NCBI GenBank assembly: GCA_028713245.1
Contig: JAQTOQ010000001.1
Span: forward strand, 1-52,892
Direction of reading: 5' to 3'
Length of the DNA stretch: 52,892 bases
Source of the DNA: Sulfuricurvum sp.
GTDB taxonomy: Bacteria > Campylobacterota > Campylobacteria > Campylobacterales > Sulfurimonadaceae
The notes under the pieces were generated by a model, which saw only the letters and a program-made list of their open reading frames with translations, was not told the origin of the DNA and did not search any database. Positions 48,445 through 52,892 of the stretch are shown in pieces. Numbering within the stretch: the first letter of the stretch is position 1; every line of letters begins with the position of its first letter. Both the position numbers and the translations under genes were made by a program.

Positions 48445-48477
48445 CCGTTCGTGGTGAGCCCGTCGAACCATGAACGG
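48445..48477. repeat. REP-like palindrome between convergent genes
   Basis: CCGTTCGTGGT-GAGCCCGTCGA-ACCATGAACGG, 11-bp stem with one G-T pair; unrelated to the GTCAT family. Confidence 0.55.
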
Positions 48478-48484
48478 CTATTAT

Positions 48485-50068
48485 TTAGTCGATTACTTTC
48501 GGGCCTGCTGCTGAGAAATCAAATCCATTTTGCCCATCATATTTTTTGAAGTTATTGATAAACATTTGGGCTAAATTATCACGCTGTACGAGATACGCTT
48601 CCTTGTCAATCCATGCATTTCGAGGATTGAGAATAACGGGATCAACACCCTTAAGTGTTTTAGGGATACTGAAGCGGAATGTATTTGTAGTATCAAATTC
48701 ACTTTCACGAATCGAGCCATCAAGAATAGCATGGATACATGAGCGGGTATCTTTGATGCTCATACGTTTACCGACGCCATAAGCCCCTCCCGTCCATCCT
48801 GTGTTCACCAAATAAACATTTACATTGTACTTATCGATTTTCTCACCCAAGAGTTTTGCATAGACCGTTGGATGCAGTGGCAAGAAAGCCTCACCAAAAC
48901 ATGAGCTAAACGTTGCAACTGGCTCCGTAATACCACGCTCAGTTCCTGCAACTTTCGCTGTATATCCACTGAGGAAATAGTACATTGCTTGCTCTTTGGA
49001 AAGTTTGCTCACAGGAGGAAGAACCCCAAACGCATCAGCGGAGAGGAAGATGATATTTTGTGGATGTTGTGCCTGTAGTGATGGCTTGTGGTTTTCAATA
49101 TGTTCAATGGGGTAAGAAACACGTGTATTTTCTGTTTTAGATCCATCGTTATAGTTGACAAAACCGTCTTCATCATAGACAACATTCTCTAATAAAGCAT
49201 TCTTGCGGATAGCAGCATGAATTTCAGGCTCGCTTGAAGGATCAAGATTGATTACTTTGGCGTAACACCCACCCTCGAAGTTAAAGACACCATTATCGTC
49301 CCATCCGTGCTCATCATCACCGATGAGCGCACGTTGGGGATCAGTGGAAAGGGTTGTTTTACCTGTACCGCTAAGACCGAAGAAAAGACAGGTGTCATTA
49401 TCAGGACCTACATTAGCAGAACAATGCATCGCCAGCTTCCCCTCCAGAGGAAGCCAGTAGTTCATCATGGAAAAGATCCCTTTTTTCATCTCGCCGCCGT
49501 ACCAGGTACCACCGATAATACAAATATTCTCTTCTACATTAAAGAGAACAAATACTTCCGAGTTCATTCCGTGGCTTTTCCATTTATCATTAACCGCTTT
49601 ACACGCATTGAGAACGGTAAATTGTGGTTTAAAAGTGGTTAGTTCTTTAGTGCTTGGGCGGATAAACATATTTTTGACAAAATGAGACTGCCATGCAATT
49701 TCAGAGATAAAACGGACCGAACGCTTACTCTCAGCACTCGCACCGCAGAAAACATCGGTAACGTAAATGGATTTATTAGAGAGCTGCTCACGGGCCACTT
49801 CCAACAATTCATTGAAAATCGCTTTGTCGATAGGCTTGTTAACATCACCCCACGCAATGAACTTATTAGATGGGTCTTCATTCACAAAATACTTGTCTTT
49901 TGGACTGCGGCCCGTAAAAATGCCTGTATCAACTGTGGTAGCACCACTGTCTGTGAGGGCGCACTCACCATTTTGCAACTCATGTTCGATCAATTCATCA
50001 AAGCTCAGATTATGGAAAATCTCTTGAGCGTTTTTAATCCCTAGCGTTTCAATCTCTGCGGATATCAT
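48485..50068 (-). CDS. pckA: Phosphoenolpyruvate carboxykinase (ATP)
   Basis: [49 protein letters not shown]. Confidence 0.98.
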   Translation of the reverse strand: MISAEIETLGIKNAQEIFHNLSFDELIEHELQNGECALTDSGATTVDTGIFTGRSPKDKYFVNEDPSNKFIAWGDVNKPIDKAIFNELLEVAREQLSNKSIYVTDVFCGASAESKRSVRFISEIAWQSHFVKNMFIRPSTKELTTFKPQFTVLNACKAVNDKWKSHGMNSEVFVLFNVEENICIIGGTWYGGEMKKGIFSMMNYWLPLEGKLAMHCSANVGPDNDTCLFFGLSGTGKTTLSTDPQRALIGDDEHGWDDNGVFNFEGGCYAKVINLDPSSEPEIHAAIRKNALLENVVYDEDGFVNYNDGSKTENTRVSYPIEHIENHKPSLQAQHPQNIIFLSADAFGVLPPVSKLSKEQAMYYFLSGYTAKVAGTERGITEPVATFSSCFGEAFLPLHPTVYAKLLGEKIDKYNVNVYLVNTGWTGGAYGVGKRMSIKDTRSCIHAILDGSIRESEFDTTNTFRFSIPKTLKGVDPVILNPRNAWIDKEAYLVQRDNLAQMFINNFKKYDGQNGFDFSAAGPKVID

Positions 50069-50308
50069 GGTATTGCTGTCCCTTTATGTCTCAATACACT
50101 ACCCCTATAATAGGTTAAGTGACAATATGGCGCGAATTATACGCCCCTTATGTTTAATCGTAATTAAAGAGAATGAATTGTTTTGAAAACAGATAATAAA
50201 TTATTATTCAAGTGAATGGTGAATTAATTATTTTTTAAGATTAATAGGTTCATAATGATACTAGAGTTACGAGTGTAGCTACTTTTTTTATCACATAAGG
50301 AGTAAGCC

Positions 50309-50770
50309 ATGAAACGTTCTGGTTTTACTATGATCGAGTTGATCTTCGTTATCGTTATTCTTGGTATTTTGGCAGCGGTTGCCATTCCGAAATTGGCAGC
50401 AACACGTGATGATGCGAAAATTGCTGGTGCAGCTTCGAATGCAAATCAGATGGTTAAAGATATAACAGGCTATTACACTGCAAGAGGTGATTTGAATGCG
50501 ACGAGCATTGATCAAATTACAAACGGTACAACCGGTGCCGGATGGTCGATAGGTGGTGGTACTTTTGCGCCTAGTGCAATAGCTCAAACTTTTCAAATTA
50601 GATTTACAGATAAAGCCACGCAGTGTCTTCATATGGATATAAACGCTTCTACTACAGGGGCTGGTATTACTGTTGTTCAGGATTCAAATGCTACAACAAT
50701 ATGTCAAGGTGTTAATGACGTAATTAAAGGGCAAGTATTTAACCTTGGCGGTGTGAGGATAGTTCAATAG
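50309..50770 (+). CDS. Type IV pilin/pseudopilin (CtsG-like N-terminus)
   Basis: MKRSG|FTMIELIFVIVILGILAAVAIPKLAATRDDA; C-terminal Cys pair; strong AAGGAG RBS. Confidence 0.88.
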   Translation: MKRSGFTMIELIFVIVILGILAAVAIPKLAATRDDAKIAGAASNANQMVKDITGYYTARGDLNATSIDQITNGTTGAGWSIGGGTFAPSAIAQTFQIRFTDKATQCLHMDINASTTGAGITVVQDSNATTICQGVNDVIKGQVFNLGGVRIVQ

Positions 50771-50779
50771 TTTTACTCT

Positions 50780-50803
50780 ATCCCCAATGATTTCGTTGGG
50801 GAT
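50780..50803 (+). terminator. Hairpin between the two pilin genes
   Basis: ATCCCCAATGA-TT-TCGTTGGGGAT; weak U tract. Confidence 0.5.
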
Positions 50804-50873
50804 GAAGTTTATGATTGAATTGATTTATGGGATTGCAAGTCAATCGTAGAATTCAGGGCAATAGGATGATGGA

Positions 50874-51305
50874 ATGAAACGAACTGCTTTTACGATGATA
50901 GAATTGGTATTTGTCATAGTGGTGTTGGGAATTTTAGCGGCGATTGCGATACCGAAATTCGCCGCAACTCGTGATGATGCGCAAGTGGCGAAAGGGCGCA
51001 GTGATGTTTCAGCGATTCGCTCGGCGATTGTGAGCGAGCGCCAAACGCGTTTGCTCAAAGGGGATACCTCTTATGTTTCTGCTTTAGATGGGGTAAGTAC
51101 TAATCTTTTTGACGGGCCAGATATTAACCATACTCTTTTGCAATATGGTATTACTCCTGGATCTGGAAACGGTAAGTGGACTAAAGTAGGAACAACGTAT
51201 ACGTACACTGTTATGAGTGATCCGGTCGCATTCACATATACACAATTGACGGGTTCGTTTGATTGTAACCATACGAATGTGAACTGTAAACGCTTAACAG
51301 AGTAA
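50874..51305 (+). CDS. Type IV pilin/pseudopilin
   Basis: MKRTA|FTMIELVFVIVVLGILAAIAIPKFAATRDDA; terminal GSFDC...C disulfide. Confidence 0.88.
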   Translation: MKRTAFTMIELVFVIVVLGILAAIAIPKFAATRDDAQVAKGRSDVSAIRSAIVSERQTRLLKGDTSYVSALDGVSTNLFDGPDINHTLLQYGITPGSGNGKWTKVGTTYTYTVMSDPVAFTYTQLTGSFDCNHTNVNCKRLTE

Positions 51306-51308
51306 AGT

Positions 51309-52892
51309 CTGAGCTCTTTCTACCAGATAGCCCTTTTGGGCTCCCCTCTTGAATTACTGACATATCACAGCGACACTCTTCTAGAAATTGGTTTTCAGGT
51401 TTCCGTTACTCTTGGTAAGCGCGAAATGAAGGGTGTTGTCCTTGAAAACACTGAACAGCCTATATTTAAAACACAATCGATCATTGAAATACTCCCTTTC
51501 TTCTTTTCTCCGACTCAAATTAAAATGGCGCAATTTATGGCGGAGTATTATGGGTGTTCACTTGGAGAAGCGCTTAATTTATGTGTGCCGTTTCCCGTCA
51601 TTCCGTGCTGCGACACGGAATCCACAGAAGAAGCATGGATCCCGAATCAAGTTCGGGATGACAAAATTCCTATTAATATTACCCTCTCTGAACAACAAAC
51701 AGAAGCCCTAGCCTTTATCCGTTCTCATCCGGTATCTCTTTTGTTTGGTGATACAGGTGCAGGCAAAAGTGAAATCTATATGAAACGTATGGATGAGATG
51801 CTAAGTGAGGGAAAACGAGCATTGTTATTGCTCCCAGAAATTTCTTTAACACCGCAGATGGAAGAACGTTTCAAGCATCATTTTGGCGAAGTCTTTGTGT
51901 TGTGGCATTCCAAAATGACTCCAAAGCAAAAAAAGATTGCATTAGCTAAAATCTACGATGGGAGTGCACACATTATCGCAGGTCCACGATCAGCACTGTT
52001 CTTACCGATTAAAGAATTAGGGATCATTGTTGTCGATGAAGAGCATGACGAAAGTTATAAATCCTCATCACGTCCGCGTTATAATGCACGTGACATGGCT
52101 GTTTATGCAGGGAATATGCTCAATATCCCTGTAGTGCTAGGAAGTGCAACACCGAGTTTATCGAGTTATGCCAAGTATCCTTATTTTCGTTTGCGTGGGG
52201 GGTATTACACTTCCAAGCGGACGTTTGTATTTGAATCATCCATTGAGGCATTGACCCCGTCAATCGATGCTGCGATTGTCAAAAATTATCGAGAAGGTCA
52301 TCAAGGGATTGTTTTCATTCCCACGCGGGCCAATTTCAAGTACATAATGTGTGATAGTTGCGGTTACACGATAGAGTGTCCGTTTTGCAGTGTGGGGATG
52401 AGTTTGCACCGACATGCAAAAGCGCTCAAGTGTCACTATTGCAACTACACGGAAGTACTACCGCGACTGTGCCCTAAATGCCAAAGTTCAAAACTTACCA
52501 ACTCTCGTTTAGGGACCGCGGAAGCAGTAGAACATTTACGCACGATTACGCAGGGGATGTACGTAACGCAATTTGACCGAGATGTGATTACGACGCAAAA
52601 CAAGCTGATTAAAACGCTCAAAGCCTTTAATAATCGTGAAATAGATTTACTCGTAGGGACACAGATGCTCTCAAAAGGACATGATTATCATGACATTACC
52701 CTCGCAGTCGTTATGGGGATCGATAACCTGTTGGCGCAGGCGGATTATCGTGCAAGAGAAAAAGCGCTCTCGCTTCTGGTGCAAATTGCAGGACGAAGCG
52801 GGCGAAAAGAGGACTCAACGGTACTGGTTCAGAGTTTCAATGAATCTTTTTTTAGGCCATATTTGGATGATTATGAACTGTTTTTACAAAGT
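51309..52892 (+). CDS. priA: Primosomal protein N' (PriA), 3' end runs off window; start uncertain (CTG 51309, TTG 51336 or ATG 51426)
   Basis: Manual translation: LTY 3'-binding region, GDTGAGKSE, PEISLTPQ, DEEHD, GSATPS, four CxxC pairs, GTQMLSKGHD, QIAGRSGR. Confidence 0.95.
   Translation, partial: MSSFYQIALLGSPLELLTYHSDTLLEIGFQVSVTLGKREMKGVVLENTEQPIFKTQSIIEILPFFFSPTQIKMAQFMAEYYGCSLGEALNLCVPFPVIPCCDTESTEEAWIPNQVRDDKIPINITLSEQQTEALAFIRSHPVSLLFGDTGAGKSEIYMKRMDEMLSEGKRALLLLPEISLTPQMEERFKHHFGEVFVLWHSKMTPKQKKIALAKIYDGSAHIIAGPRSALFLPIKELGIIVVDEEHDESYKSSSRPRYNARDMAVYAGNMLNIPVVLGSATPSLSSYAKYPYFRLRGGYYTSKRTFVFESSIEALTPSIDAAIVKNYREGHQGIVFIPTRANFKYIMCDSCGYTIECPFCSVGMSLHRHAKALKCHYCNYTEVLPRLCPKCQSSKLTNSRLGTAEAVEHLRTITQGMYVTQFDRDVITTQNKLIKTLKAFNNREIDLLVGTQMLSKGHDYHDITLAVVMGIDNLLAQADYRAREKALSLLVQIAGRSGRKEDSTVLVQSFNESFFRPYLDDYELFLQS
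51597..51662. repeat. REP-like double-hairpin element, copy 3, in frame inside priA (66 bp, 22 codons)
   Basis: GTCATTCCGTGCTGCGACACGGAATCC-13 nt-GGATCCCGAATCAAGTTCGGGATGAC; reverse-complement homolog of 13825-13889. Confidence 0.88.

Noticed and set aside
1158-51711. Numerous 60-200 aa alternative-frame and antisense ORFs (e.g. 14357-14962, 35991-36437, 51433-51711)
   Set aside because: They lie within well-supported genes and show no recognisable motifs; treated as shadow ORFs.

Overview
Chromosomal window from a Campylobacterota (Epsilonproteobacteria) bacterium, Sulfuricurvum/Sulfurimonas-like by gene content and TGnTATAAT-type promoters (inference). The backbone is housekeeping: flgB (truncated), ftsW-murG, leuA, alaS-maf-bioF-PBP1A, dedA, uvrB, kup, cytochrome c peroxidase, recD2, glyQ, purE, U32 hydroxylase, cheZ, hisJ, glnA, pckA and priA (truncated). 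Accessory parts: (i) a 9-gene Msh/type IV pilus-T2SS-like operon (2752-12004) plus three more pilin-like genes elsewhere; (ii) a cassette-like region upstream of uvrB (about 24.05-30.95 kb) with a PAS-GGDEF cyclase, a polysaccharide deacetylase, a DUF1566 protein and an MBOAT O-acetylation pair, punctuated by three copies of a ~42-bp direct repeat and a decayed duplicate of uvrB codons 39-65. The most notable sequence-level signals are a 66-bp double-hairpin REP-like element lying in frame inside priA (its intergenic sibling shows compensatory base changes), the uvrB integration scar, a structured insert in the sigma54-driven flgB leader, and two probable CTG start codons. No rRNA, tRNA, CRISPR array, integrase or transposase was recognised. 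All product calls come from motif recognition, not database searches.
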